Source: an uncultured Gammaproteobacteria bacterium
Lineage (GTDB): Bacteria; Patescibacteriota; Patescibacteriia; CAZSQN01
Direction of reading: 5' to 3'
Assembly (NCBI GenBank): GCA_964609095.1
Contig: CAZSQN010000001.1
Location: forward strand, 214,117 to 278,116
Length of the DNA stretch: 64,000 nt
The notes beneath the pieces are model-generated. The model was not told the origin of the DNA. It did no database searches and was given only the letters and a program-made list of their open reading frames with translations. A program made the position numbers and the translations under genes. Shown in pieces: positions 18,815 through 27,917 of this stretch (position 1 is its first letter; each line of letters begins with the position of its first letter).

Positions 18815-20473
18815 ATGAAAAAACTCCTTGCCTATTTGATAGTAATAACTGCCGCGACTATTTTGTGGAGCGGTTTTTACGTTAATACATATGATGTCCA
18901 GGCTCAATTCTTTGTTAGATACCCAGTAACAGAGCTGGGAAACTGCGCCAACCAGCAAGAGTGTAAATCCTATTGCAGCATATCAAGTAATTATTCAAAA
19001 TGCGCCGTATTTGCTCAAAAAAATAATTTGACGGTAGAAATACCCGATGATAAAAAAGTCGTTTTTGCGGCGATGCAAAAAGGGGAAAGTCCGGGCGGGT
19101 GCAAGGATGAGGTATCCTGCCGCAATTATTGCGAAGACATTGACCGCATAGAGGAATGCGTCAGTTTTGTTGAGAAATTTAATTTGGTCAGCTCTGACGA
19201 GTTAAAAGAAATACGCAAGATATCCGATATCAAAAAGGCGGGGGTGGCGTTTCCTGGTAATTGCAAAACCAAAGAAAGCTGTCTTAAATACTGCGACAAT
19301 TCGGCGAACGCGGTTGAATGCATGGAATTTGCCCAAAAAGCCGGATTTATACCAAAAGAAGATATCGAGTCAGTCAACAAAATACTTCCCTATCTGAAGA
19401 GTGGCGGGAAATTGCCTGGCGGATGCGCGACAAAAGAATCATGCGACGCATATTGCGGGAGCGACGCTAATACCATTGAATGCGTTAACTTTGCAGAAAA
19501 AGCCGGCTTTATGACAAAAGAAGACGCCGACATAGTGAGGAAGACCGGCGGTAAGGGCCCGGGAAACTGTAAGTCGCGGGAAGCATGCGACGCTTACTGC
19601 AAAGATGAAGCGCACATTGACGAATGCGTTGACTTTGCGGTAAAAGCCGGATTTATATCGGCGGAAGAAGCGGAAATGGCCAAAAAATTCAATATCCAGT
19701 CCGGTCCTGGCGGATGTAAGAGCAAGGCCGACTGTGAGGCCTTCTGTGTGGTCAATCAGGATGTTTGCTTTGAATTCGCCAAGGAGCACGGAATGTTAAA
19801 TGAAGAAGACCTTAAAAATATTGAAGAACAGAAAAAGTTCTTGGAATCGCTTGATAAGGCCAATCCGGAGTGGCTTGCCTGTATGGAGAAAGAACTGGGC
19901 CCCGACTTTTTTGGACGATTCAAAGCTGGGAAAATAACACAAGCGGAGGCAAAATCACCCGCCCTGGAAGCGGCGCAGAGAAAATGCGGGAGCGAGATGG
20001 CTCAAGAAAAACAGGCCGCCTGCCTGGCACTTTCTTGCTCTGAGTTTGAGGCCTGTCTAAAAGCTCTGGAGTCAAGCGGCGGAGATCATGGCGGAGAACA
20101 ACAGGGCACGCCGGATCCAAAAGTTGACGCAAAGGTGAAGGCCTGCCAAGCAGAAATACAAAAAGAAAAAACAAGCGCGTGTTTATCAAAATCGTGCGGT
20201 GAATTTGACGCCTGCATTAAATCTCTCCAGCAGGGCGGGGATCAAGGCGGACAGCAACAAGGACAAGGCGAGCAGGACCCGGCAGTTAACGCGAAGGCTC
20301 AGGCCTGTCAAAAAGAAAAAATCAACGCGTGTCTCGCAAAGCCGTGCGGTGAATTTCAGGCCTGCCTCAATTCTTTAGGCGCTGGAGGTGAAGGCGGAGA
20401 ACAACAGGGCACGCCGGATCCGGCTGTTCAATCCAAATTTATGTCCTGTTTCCCCCCGCCTCCAAGCGAATGA
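18815..20473 (+). CDS. Secreted cysteine-rich tandem-repeat protein
   Basis: Signal peptide; 6 repeats of ~45 aa with the pattern GxC-x5-C-x3-C-x8-C-x2-FAxKxGF; then 3 repeats of C-x9-12-C-x4-C-x5-C separated by Gly/Gln-rich linkers. Confidence 0.55.
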   Translation: MKKLLAYLIVITAATILWSGFYVNTYDVQAQFFVRYPVTELGNCANQQECKSYCSISSNYSKCAVFAQKNNLTVEIPDDKKVVFAAMQKGESPGGCKDEVSCRNYCEDIDRIEECVSFVEKFNLVSSDELKEIRKISDIKKAGVAFPGNCKTKESCLKYCDNSANAVECMEFAQKAGFIPKEDIESVNKILPYLKSGGKLPGGCATKESCDAYCGSDANTIECVNFAEKAGFMTKEDADIVRKTGGKGPGNCKSREACDAYCKDEAHIDECVDFAVKAGFISAEEAEMAKKFNIQSGPGGCKSKADCEAFCVVNQDVCFEFAKEHGMLNEEDLKNIEEQKKFLESLDKANPEWLACMEKELGPDFFGRFKAGKITQAEAKSPALEAAQRKCGSEMAQEKQAACLALSCSEFEACLKALESSGGDHGGEQQGTPDPKVDAKVKACQAEIQKEKTSACLSKSCGEFDACIKSLQQGGDQGGQQQGQGEQDPAVNAKAQACQKEKINACLAKPCGEFQACLNSLGAGGEGGEQQGTPDPAVQSKFMSCFPPPPSE

Positions 20474-20486
20474 CTTCATTTCCCAA

Positions 20487-20510
20487 CTGGCGGTGGGGGT
20501 GAGATTCCCC
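20487..20510 (-). other. tRNA 3'-end-like remnant (tggcggTgGgggtgagattc) resembling the 3' end of the tRNA-Ser(GCT) gene 180 bp away
   Basis: 18 of 20 nt match the T-arm/acceptor/CCA end of the tRNA at 20687-20776. Followed by a 10-bp GC hairpin gcccgaggcg-ggtg-cgcctcgggc at 20511-20534. Confidence 0.3.
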
Positions 20511-20560
20511 GCCCGAGGCGGGTGCGCCTCGGGCGCAGAACGCATAAAACCCTTGCAGGG

Positions 20561-20645
20561 CGGAGGGTGCAGGACTCGAACCTGCAAACCCCTTACGGAG
20601 TCCCAGTTTTCAAGACTGGTGCCTTGCCATTCGGCGCAACCCTCC
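20561..20645 (-). tRNA. tRNA-Ser (anticodon TGA), type II with long variable arm; no encoded CCA
   Basis: Reverse complement GGAGGGT-T-...CCAGT-CTTGAAA-ACTGG-(long variable arm)-GCAGG-TTCGAGT-CCTGC-ACCCTCC-G. U33, A37 and a G discriminator are present. Boundaries +/-2 nt. Confidence 0.65.
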
Positions 20646-20686
20646 GCTCTACTAGCGTCTATTCGCTATTTTAAATTTTTATCTAT

Positions 20687-20776
20687 TGGCGGAGAGGGTG
20701 AGATTCGAACTCACGAGACCTCTTACGAGGTCACAGGTTAGCAACCTGTTGCCTTAAGCCGCTCGGCCACCTCTCC
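20687..20776 (-). tRNA. tRNA-Ser (anticodon GCT), type II, CCA encoded
   Basis: Reverse complement GGAGAGG-TG-GCC...ACAGG-TTGCTAA-CCTGT-(long variable arm)-T arm GTTCGAATC-CCTCTCC-G-CCA. Confidence 0.8.
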
Positions 20777-20893
20777 ATATTTTATTTCTCTTCTTTCCAA
20801 AGACCAAGTAATCTTTTGAATAATATGCCACTGTAATATTTATTGATCTTGATGCTTTTTAGAACATACACGATAAACATATTTTAAGAAAGC

Positions 20894-20960
20894 CGCCCCC
20901 GCGTAGCGGGGTCCCGCAGTCCCGCAAAGCGGGACGGGCGCGGGATCGGCCACCCTTCCA
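20894..20960. other. GC-rich cluster of perfect hairpins (ccccgc-gta-gcgggg; gtcccgc-aaa-gcgggac) inside a ~300-nt AT-rich spacer; candidate small structured RNA or protein-binding site
   Basis: Seen directly; local GC is far above the flanks; no ORF. Confidence 0.3.
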
Positions 20961-21039
20961 TTGCCTAATTCCACAATTTATGGTTAACTTTACACATTTT
21001 AGCACAAAAAGTGATTGTTGAACAGGGTGATAGATCCTT

Positions 21040-21052
21040 TAGGTTGTGGTAT
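21040..21052 (+). promoter_or_regulatory. Extended -10 promoter (TGGTATAAT) for the 21093 gene
   Basis: tgTGGTATAATg about 40 nt upstream of the ATG at 21093. Confidence 0.45.
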
Positions 21053-21092
21053 AATGAAACCGAATAGAACTAAATATAAATAATCTAAAATT

Positions 21093-21755
21093 ATGGCAGA
21101 CACAACGCAATCGGCAAAACAGTCGGTTTTTCAAAAACCCTTAGTTAGAGTTGTTATTCTAATTATCGGCCTAGGATTGCTCGTTTCCGGAATTGTTAAA
21201 ATATTTAACAGCGGGGATAAAACTAAAGTGTCGGATGAATTTATTAATAAGTTTAATCAGGTACTGTCATTGAGCAATGAGATTGCTTCCGGCAAAACAT
21301 TAACGGAAACCTTAGCCCCTTTGCCGGAAAAGGACCAGGCTAAAGATTATTCTGGCGCCGCAAAAATACTTAGCGAAGCCGTCGACCAATTAAACGGCTG
21401 GAAATCTAAAACCAATCAATTAAAGGGTTTGTTTATTGAGTTAAAAGATTTGTCTCGGCAAATTACTGACACCGATGTTAAAACCAGCGCCCTGGAATTG
21501 GTAGATTTAATGGATCAGCGAGCTGACCTGTTTTTGGCAGTAATGGCTGATCAGCTTTCATTGCTGTCCCCGACAAAAACTTATTATGAGAATCTGGCTG
21601 CCGGCAAAAAAGCCGTGCCGCTGCCTGACCAGCAAATCGCCGCAGTCAATGCCAGGATTAACAGCGAGGTGGAGCGGATGAATCAACTCATTGAAACTAT
21701 CAATAAAAAGCAAGAGGACTTTGCTAAACTTGCCGGAATATCAGTGAGTAAATAA
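21093..21755 (+). CDS. Hypothetical membrane-anchored protein
   Basis: 220 aa, N-terminal TM helix, coiled-coil-like remainder. Confidence 0.45.
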   Translation: MADTTQSAKQSVFQKPLVRVVILIIGLGLLVSGIVKIFNSGDKTKVSDEFINKFNQVLSLSNEIASGKTLTETLAPLPEKDQAKDYSGAAKILSEAVDQLNGWKSKTNQLKGLFIELKDLSRQITDTDVKTSALELVDLMDQRADLFLAVMADQLSLLSPTKTYYENLAAGKKAVPLPDQQIAAVNARINSEVERMNQLIETINKKQEDFAKLAGISVSK

Positions 21756-21767
21756 ACCAATAATTCT

Positions 21768-22313
21768 ATGAACAAAAAAATTTTAATTGGCGTTATTGCG
21801 GTTGTCTTGGCGGGGGGCGGCGCGGGTGCCTGGTATTATTTTGGAGGTGAGAGGGGTTCAGAGGCAAAGCCGCAAGTGTCTTCCGGCATTCCTAAAACGG
21901 TCAAGGGACTTCTTTCAAAAAATGATTATGGACAATACATAATTGTATCAACTGAATCCGAACGGTCCTATTATGTAAAAAATTATTCCGACTCGAAAGT
22001 TAAGGCCGCGTTGGAACCATTAGTCGGGAAAGAGGTGGAAATATACGGAAGCGTGGCGAATCAAAATACCGGAGATTTGCTGCTTCTCTGGGTAAACGGC
22101 AAAAAAATTATTGAAGAAGCTGAAGCGGAGAGCCAAAGTTCCGGAATCGGACTATCTTTCGCGGAAATGTATAAGACACTTTCACCGGCCGTAAAAGATT
22201 GTTTAACAAAAGCATGGGGCAATGCTAGAGTTCAAGAATTTTTTAACAATCCAAGCGCTTTTCCTACGCAAGAAGAGAGTAATAAGTTTAATGCCTGCCA
22301 ATCTAACCCGTAA
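21768..22313 (+). CDS. Hypothetical secreted protein
   Basis: 181 aa with an N-terminal signal/anchor. Confidence 0.45.
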   Translation: MNKKILIGVIAVVLAGGGAGAWYYFGGERGSEAKPQVSSGIPKTVKGLLSKNDYGQYIIVSTESERSYYVKNYSDSKVKAALEPLVGKEVEIYGSVANQNTGDLLLLWVNGKKIIEEAEAESQSSGIGLSFAEMYKTLSPAVKDCLTKAWGNARVQEFFNNPSAFPTQEESNKFNACQSNP

Positions 22314-22349
22314 ATAGCAAATTCCGCAGGGTATTATATAATAAGCAAT

Positions 22350-22871
22350 ATGGACCAGATTGAGGAAAAATCTCATGAAGAGCCGGCTGGCGGCCACGCG
22401 CACGGCGCCGTCTTATTCGGCTGGAGCGTGCCTGAGTATGTCAAGTATGACCGCGGGCCTTTTTGGTATGTTGGGGCAGCAATAGCCGCCGCGCTTTTGC
22501 TTTTTTACGCTTTTCGCACGGGTAATTTTCTTTTCGCGGTTATATTGGTAATGTTTGGGATTATTATGTTTTTGAACAGCGTAGGCGCTCCGCATGAAGT
22601 AAGGTTTGAGCTTACGGAACGGGGTATAATTTGGGGAAACAAATATTATCCGTATCTTGGCGTCAGGGGGTTTTGGGTCGTCTATCAACCGCCTGAAATT
22701 AAGAATCTTTACATTGAATTTAAGTCCGCGCTTAAGCCGCGCCTGCAAGTGCCTCTTTTGGATCAAAATCCGGTTGCCATTCGCGAGGCGTTAAAAAAAG
22801 TTGCGCGCGAAGATACCACGCGCGCTGACGAGCCGCTTTCTGATTTTTTGGGGCGGGTGCTGAAATTATAA
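22350..22871 (+). CDS. Hypothetical membrane protein
   Basis: 173 aa, two TM helices. Confidence 0.45.
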   Translation: MDQIEEKSHEEPAGGHAHGAVLFGWSVPEYVKYDRGPFWYVGAAIAAALLLFYAFRTGNFLFAVILVMFGIIMFLNSVGAPHEVRFELTERGIIWGNKYYPYLGVRGFWVVYQPPEIKNLYIEFKSALKPRLQVPLLDQNPVAIREALKKVAREDTTRADEPLSDFLGRVLKL

Positions 22872-22885
22872 TTTTTGCGCAAAAA

Positions 22886-22925
22886 AGCGCCCCAAACTTA
22901 AAAAGTTTGGGGCGTCTTGTAATTT
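22886..22925 (+). terminator. Rho-independent terminator (gcgccccaaac-ttaaaaa-gtttggggcg + T-rich tail)
   Basis: Seen directly, downstream of the stop at 22871. Confidence 0.6.
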
Positions 22926-22993
22926 AAGGCAAAATATGATATAAAAAATTGTGATTGACGAATAGAATACGAGTCCCGCCCGCCATCGCTTTT

Positions 22994-23065
22994 GCCCCTG
23001 TAGTTCAACGGATAGAATGCAAGCTTGCGGAGCTTGAGATCGAAGTTCGATTCTTCGCGGGGGCA
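22994..23065 (+). tRNA. tRNA with anticodon GCG (Arg by the genetic code), 72 nt, no encoded CCA. Embedded in an 11-bp extended stem formed by the 5' leader (cccgccatcgc) and 3' trailer (gcgatggcggg)
   Basis: GCCCCTG-TA-GTTC-AACGGATA-GAAT-G-CAAGC-TTGCGGA-GCTTG-AGAT-CGAAG-TTCGATT-CTTCG-CGGGGGC-A; cloverleaf folds by hand, T-loop TTCGATT. The GCG anticodon is unusual for bacteria, so the isotype call is tentative. Confidence 0.6.
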
Positions 23066-23081
23066 TAGGCGATGGCGGGTA

Positions 23082-25175
23082 ATGTATATGAAAAATCTTT
23101 TAATGCTTGGCCAATCGGTTGAAACAGTTTCCTTTTTGGCCAGAAAACATAAAGCGGATTTGAAAAATCTTAAAATCGAGACCATTCGGGATCTCGTTTT
23201 TTATTTTCCGCGAGTATATGAAGACAGAAGCGCGATCTCCGCGATTAGAGAACTTTTTCCCGCCGGTTCCGCAACCGTGGAAGCGCGCATTAAAACAATT
23301 AAAAATCGTCCGGCCAAAAAAAGAAAAATGACGCTTACCGAAGCCGTGTTTGAAGACGCCACTGGAGCCGGCAGCGCGCTTTGGTTTAATCAGCCGTATC
23401 TTTCTAAAATGCTTTCCGCCGGCACGGCGGTTCGCATCTCCGGCTCGTATAAAAAAACTTTTTTCGGTCCTTCTTTCATTTCTCCGGCTTATGAAATTAT
23501 CCGCGGCGAGGCGATTCATACCGGGCGCATTGTTCCGGTATATCCTGCCTTGGGCGGGATTTCGCAAAAGACATTTCGCCGCGTGGTCCACCAATGTTTA
23601 CAGAGGTTTGCGCCTTCCCCCGAATGGCTGCCGGATGGAATTATAAAAAGCGATAAATTGATGCCGCAATCTTCCGCCCTGAGCGAGATTCATTTTCCCA
23701 CGAATTGGAAAAATTTAAGAGAAGCCAGCCGGAGATTTAAATTTGAAGAGTTATTTTTATTTTTAATGCGGGGAGAGATGACGCGGCAAGAGCTTAAAAG
23801 CGAGCGCTCCACGGCAGTGCCGATAGATATTCCAAAAATAAAGCAATTTATTGCCGGCCTCCCGTTTTCTCTGACTGTTTCGCAAAAGCGCGCGGCTTGG
23901 GAGATTATTCAGGATTTAAGCAAAGGTCGCCCGATGAACCGCTTGCTTGACGGCGATGTGGGCAGCGGCAAAACGGCGGTTGCCGCCATCGCCGCTCATT
24001 CGGTCGCATCTTCTTCGGGGCAAGCGGCATTTATGGCGCCGACTGAAATTCTGGCTAAACAGCATTTTGCCACTTTTTTAAAATTTTTTGAAAAAGAAAG
24101 AACAGGCATCGGCCTGCTTACCGGTTCAGGCGCCTATCTTGGCTCAGATGGAATGGGAAGAGAAGTAAAACGGACAGAATTGCTTAAAGCCATAGCGGAG
24201 AACGGAGTGGAAATTATAATTGGCACGCACGCGCTTATTTTTTGCGCCAAAGACGCGCAGCTTGTTTTTAAAAATCTGGTTTTGGCAATAATTGATGAAC
24301 AGCATCGGTTCGGCGTGGAACAACGGCACGCTCTTAAAAATTTCGGAGAAAAATCTCCGCATTTATTATCAATGACGGCGACGCCGATTCCGCGGTCTTT
24401 GGCTCTTGTTTTTTACGGAGATCTTGATGTCTCTCTCCTAAAAGAATTGCCGGCGGGCAGAAAGGCGGTAAAAACCGTTCTTGTTCCGTCGCGCAATGAG
24501 ACCCAAGTTGATGCGCAAATTCGCGAAGAAATCGCTTCCGGCAGGCAAGCGTTTGTCATTTGTCCCCTCATTGACCCATCCGATATTTTAGAAGTGAGAT
24601 CTGCCAAAGAAGAGTTTGAGCGGCTGCGGCTGGTGTTTCCCGATATAAATGTTGGCCTTTTGCACGGCAAACTCAAAGCGCAAGAAAAAGACAAGGTTAT
24701 GGCGGATTTTAAGAATAACAAAATATCAATTCTTGTTTCCACGTCCGTTGTGGAAGTGGGGGTTGACGTGCCTAACGCTACGGCGATGATTATCCGCGGG
24801 GCGGAACGGTTTGGATTATCCCAGCTTCATCAGTTTCGCGGACGCATCGGAAGAGGGGAGCAGAGGAGCGTTTGCTATGTGTTTTTTGAAAATAAAAATC
24901 CGTTGACTTTGGCGCGGTTAAAATTTTTTGCGGCGGAGGCAAGCGGATTTGCTTTGGCGGAGAAGGATTTGGCTTTTCGCGGTCCGGGCGAAATTTTTGG
25001 CACTCGCCAGTCAGGAGAAAGCGAGCTTGCTTTTTCCGGTTTTGCCGATATGGAAATCGCCTCTGCCGCGCGCGCCGCGGCCCGAACGACATTGGATAAA
25101 GACCGCCGTCTCATTCACGCGCCGCTCCTTGCGGCAAAACTGCGAGAGACAGAGAAGAAAATTCATTTGGAATAA
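23082..25175 (+). CDS. recG: ATP-dependent DNA helicase RecG
   Basis: Walker A DVGSGKTAVAA, DEQH box IIDEQHRFG, helicase C motifs, wedge-domain N-terminus. ATG at 23082 or 23088 immediately after the tRNA trailer; the track ORF 23025.. reads through the tRNA. Confidence 0.85.
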   Translation: MYMKNLLMLGQSVETVSFLARKHKADLKNLKIETIRDLVFYFPRVYEDRSAISAIRELFPAGSATVEARIKTIKNRPAKKRKMTLTEAVFEDATGAGSALWFNQPYLSKMLSAGTAVRISGSYKKTFFGPSFISPAYEIIRGEAIHTGRIVPVYPALGGISQKTFRRVVHQCLQRFAPSPEWLPDGIIKSDKLMPQSSALSEIHFPTNWKNLREASRRFKFEELFLFLMRGEMTRQELKSERSTAVPIDIPKIKQFIAGLPFSLTVSQKRAAWEIIQDLSKGRPMNRLLDGDVGSGKTAVAAIAAHSVASSSGQAAFMAPTEILAKQHFATFLKFFEKERTGIGLLTGSGAYLGSDGMGREVKRTELLKAIAENGVEIIIGTHALIFCAKDAQLVFKNLVLAIIDEQHRFGVEQRHALKNFGEKSPHLLSMTATPIPRSLALVFYGDLDVSLLKELPAGRKAVKTVLVPSRNETQVDAQIREEIASGRQAFVICPLIDPSDILEVRSAKEEFERLRLVFPDINVGLLHGKLKAQEKDKVMADFKNNKISILVSTSVVEVGVDVPNATAMIIRGAERFGLSQLHQFRGRIGRGEQRSVCYVFFENKNPLTLARLKFFAAEASGFALAEKDLAFRGPGEIFGTRQSGESELAFSGFADMEIASAARAAARTTLDKDRRLIHAPLLAAKLRETEKKIHLE

Positions 25176-25187
25176 TGGAAATCAAAT

Positions 25188-26546
25188 TTATTTCAATATC
25201 TCCAGAGCTTCAGTGACGGAGTTGATTTGGATTAAGGATTCGGACGATTCAAGTTTCGCGGCTTTGGGCACGAGCGCGTATTTGAATCCGAGTTTTTGCG
25301 CTTCGCGCACCCGGCGTTCAATTTCTTTTACCGGACGGATTTCGCCGGAGAGGCCGACCTCGCCTATAGCAGTCATATCTTTGGGAAAGGGTCTGCCTAT
25401 ATAAGCGGAAGCGATTGAAGCAAGAATGCCGAGATCGGCGGCTGGCTCGCGTATTTTAAGTCCGCCGCCAACATTCACATGCACGTCGGTATGGTCTAAA
25501 TACAAGCCGGCGCGACGGGAAAGCACGGCTAAAATCAAGTCCAATTTTTTGGGGTCAATTCCGGAGGCGCGCCTTTGCGGATATCCCCAAGATGTCTTGT
25601 GAGTTAAGGCCTGGATTTCCGCCAAAAGCGGCCGTGTGCCCTCAAGGAGCACGGTAATCACAGAGCCGGGAATGGCTGTTTTTCTTTCTTGTATAAAAAG
25701 AGCCGAGGGATTGGGCACTTCCATAAATCCGTTTTCAGTATGATTAAAAATGCCGACTTCGTCTGTCGCGCCAAACCTGTTTTTGCTTGCGCGGAGCACT
25801 CTGAAGGAATGTTGAGAATCGCCTTCAAGAGTAAGTACGACATCAACCAAGTGTTCCAGCGATTTTGGTCCGGCAACCAGCCCGTCTTTTCTGACTTGAC
25901 CCACCAGAATTATCGGAAGATTATTTTGTTTTGCGGTTTCGGTTAAAATGCTTACGGCCGCGCGAATTTCTCTCGGCGAGCCGCTTTTGCCGCCCTCTGC
26001 CCGTAAGGTGTTTACGGAATCAATGATAGAAAGCGCCGGGCGTTCTTTGGCAATGGTGGCGGCGATAGAGGCGGCGTCGGTTTCATTAAGAAAAAGCACG
26101 GAGGAGCCGATGGCGTTAATTCTCGCGAATCTGGAATAAATTTGTTCGGCTGATTCTTCGCCGGAAGTATAGAGCACCGGCCCTGATTTTTTGGCAATCG
26201 TTCCGCACACTTGCGCGAGAAGCGTGGATTTGCCTATGCCCGGTTCTCCGGAGAGGAGTATCACGCTTCCGGCCGCGATTCCTCCGTCCAACACGCGGTC
26301 AAATTCGTTAATGCCGGTTTTTATGCGCGGGGATTTGGGTAAGGATATCTCTTGGAGGGATATTGGTTTTAAGGCAGGGACTGTTGAATTTGGAATTTGG
26401 AATTTGGAATTTGATATTTTAGATTCCATATTCAAGATTCTAGATTCTGATAAAGATCCCCATTCGCCGCATTCAAAACAACGCCCAGCCCACTTTGGGG
26501 TCTGCGCGTCGCATTTGGAACAGACATAAACAATGCTCGATTTCAT
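25188..26546 (-). CDS. radA: DNA repair protein RadA/Sms, carrying an in-frame heptamer-repeat insertion in the zinc-finger/ATPase linker
   Basis: C4 zinc ribbon CSKCDAQ...CFECGEW, Walker A GEPGIGKSTLL, Lon-like C-terminus. Residues ESRILNMESKISNSKFQIPNS are encoded by the repeat at 26386-26452. Confidence 0.85.
   Translation of the reverse strand: MKSSIVYVCSKCDAQTPKWAGRCFECGEWGSLSESRILNMESKISNSKFQIPNSTVPALKPISLQEISLPKSPRIKTGINEFDRVLDGGIAAGSVILLSGEPGIGKSTLLAQVCGTIAKKSGPVLYTSGEESAEQIYSRFARINAIGSSVLFLNETDAASIAATIAKERPALSIIDSVNTLRAEGGKSGSPREIRAAVSILTETAKQNNLPIILVGQVRKDGLVAGPKSLEHLVDVVLTLEGDSQHSFRVLRASKNRFGATDEVGIFNHTENGFMEVPNPSALFIQERKTAIPGSVITVLLEGTRPLLAEIQALTHKTSWGYPQRRASGIDPKKLDLILAVLSRRAGLYLDHTDVHVNVGGGLKIREPAADLGILASIASAYIGRPFPKDMTAIGEVGLSGEIRPVKEIERRVREAQKLGFKYALVPKAAKLESSESLIQINSVTEALEILK
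26386..26452. repeat. Heptamer-repeat hairpin element (GAATTTG/AGATTCT arms) inside the radA coding sequence
   Basis: gaatttggaatttggaatttggaatttgatattttagattccatattcaagattctagattctg; same architecture as the intergenic leader elements; translated in frame. Confidence 0.7.
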
Positions 26547-26605
26547 GTCAAAAATTTATCACAATGCCGCATTAAGTCAATATAAGAAGGTATAATCAAA
26601 TTTAA

Positions 26606-27916
26606 TCATCGTCTTTGACGAGGAGCTTCGGCTCTAAAAACTGCCATAATGGGCGTAGCCCGACCGGGGCAAGCAGTATCTTTTAAGCAAACAGTTCCGC
26701 TCTTTACAAGAAGACCCCAATTACCTTGGGCTATCTTTGCGATTCCTTCACTTGCCCACCCCATGAAGAGTACGGAGTGTCCGCCGCGACCATTTGAATT
26801 AGCGTTAAAAACTATAAGATGATCGCCCTCTTTTAAATCACTTATATATGAATCCGGCCAGTTAGGTATCTCACGTTTAAATTTGGCATATACCTCGCTT
26901 TTTTTGGTCGCGACACAATTTCCATAACTTCCCGTATAACTTCCTGACAGGCATCTCATAGAGGGAAGAAAATTATTTTGAGCTGTAGGAAGACTGATGA
27001 TGCCTCTACCGGGATAGTTTTGGCCGAGTCCGGCTATGTCATAAATTATTTCAACGGTTTTACCGCAGCTTCCCAAACTTACCCCGCATTTAATCGCCGC
27101 TTCAGCTATTTGCACTGCTTTTTCACCAGGTGTTGTTCCCGTTAAAATGGAAGTAATTTCTCTTCTAAATTCCTGATTACGCGGCTGTTGCGGACCGGCT
27201 GCGCCTGAAGGAGGCGGTGGCGTATCAGTTTTTAAAATGGCAAGAGTTTCAAGAGAAATAGGACAGTTGGTGTACGAAGGCGTCGGCGCGTTTGCTTCCG
27301 GCGCAGTTGGATCGCTTGTCACCACTGTTGTTGTGAGCAATTCACTGAAAACCAGAGGTACTTTTTCTACCTGTTTTATTTTTAACGCTCCAAACCGCAC
27401 TAATTCAGGGTTTATTGTGTACAAAATCACATACGAACCCAAGGCGATGACCATGCCGATAAGCGCGTTTCTGATTTTTTCTTTTGCCGCGCCGACGCGG
27501 TCAGGGCTTCCGCCGGAAGTCAGATATTGCGCGCCGCCGACGGCGAGCATCAGGCCGGCAAAAATGCCGACAACGCCTATCAGATAGCGGTAAAGTCCGG
27601 AGAGATAGTCAGCCAAAAAAGGGAGTTTTAAAAATCCGCCTTCCTGCGTAACTTGGGAAAAATTAACAGTGGGGATATTGATTTGAAGACGGGGAACAAT
27701 TGGAGGAGTTGGCGGCGGCGCTTCAGGAGCCGCAGGCGTTGGAGTTGTTGAGGTTGATGGCGATGTTCTTTCTCTTCTGATCTCGTCTCGGGCGTCAATG
27801 TCAATGTCTTGCGTTATTCCATAAGCCGGCGGCGGACTAAACAAACTCAACGATAGAAAAACAAAAAACGCGCCAAAGAGGACGTTTAATTTAGAAAATC
27901 GCGTTTGAAGGCGCAT
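26606..27916 (-). CDS. Membrane-anchored protein with a Pro-rich linker and a C-terminal Cys/His-containing domain (possible CHAP/NlpC-like peptidoglycan hydrolase; not established)
   Basis: 436 aa, two TM helices, PTPPIVP-type linkers; C-terminal GGHSVLFMGW and several conserved Cys. Confidence 0.4.
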   Translation of the reverse strand: MRLQTRFSKLNVLFGAFFVFLSLSLFSPPPAYGITQDIDIDARDEIRRERTSPSTSTTPTPAAPEAPPPTPPIVPRLQINIPTVNFSQVTQEGGFLKLPFLADYLSGLYRYLIGVVGIFAGLMLAVGGAQYLTSGGSPDRVGAAKEKIRNALIGMVIALGSYVILYTINPELVRFGALKIKQVEKVPLVFSELLTTTVVTSDPTAPEANAPTPSYTNCPISLETLAILKTDTPPPPSGAAGPQQPRNQEFRREITSILTGTTPGEKAVQIAEAAIKCGVSLGSCGKTVEIIYDIAGLGQNYPGRGIISLPTAQNNFLPSMRCLSGSYTGSYGNCVATKKSEVYAKFKREIPNWPDSYISDLKEGDHLIVFNANSNGRGGHSVLFMGWASEGIAKIAQGNWGLLVKSGTVCLKDTACPGRATPIMAVFRAEAPRQRR

Positions 27917-27917
27917 A

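Noticed and set aside
20388-20741. 117-aa plus-strand ORF
   Set aside because: It spans the two minus-strand tRNA-Ser genes and their hairpins; not coding.
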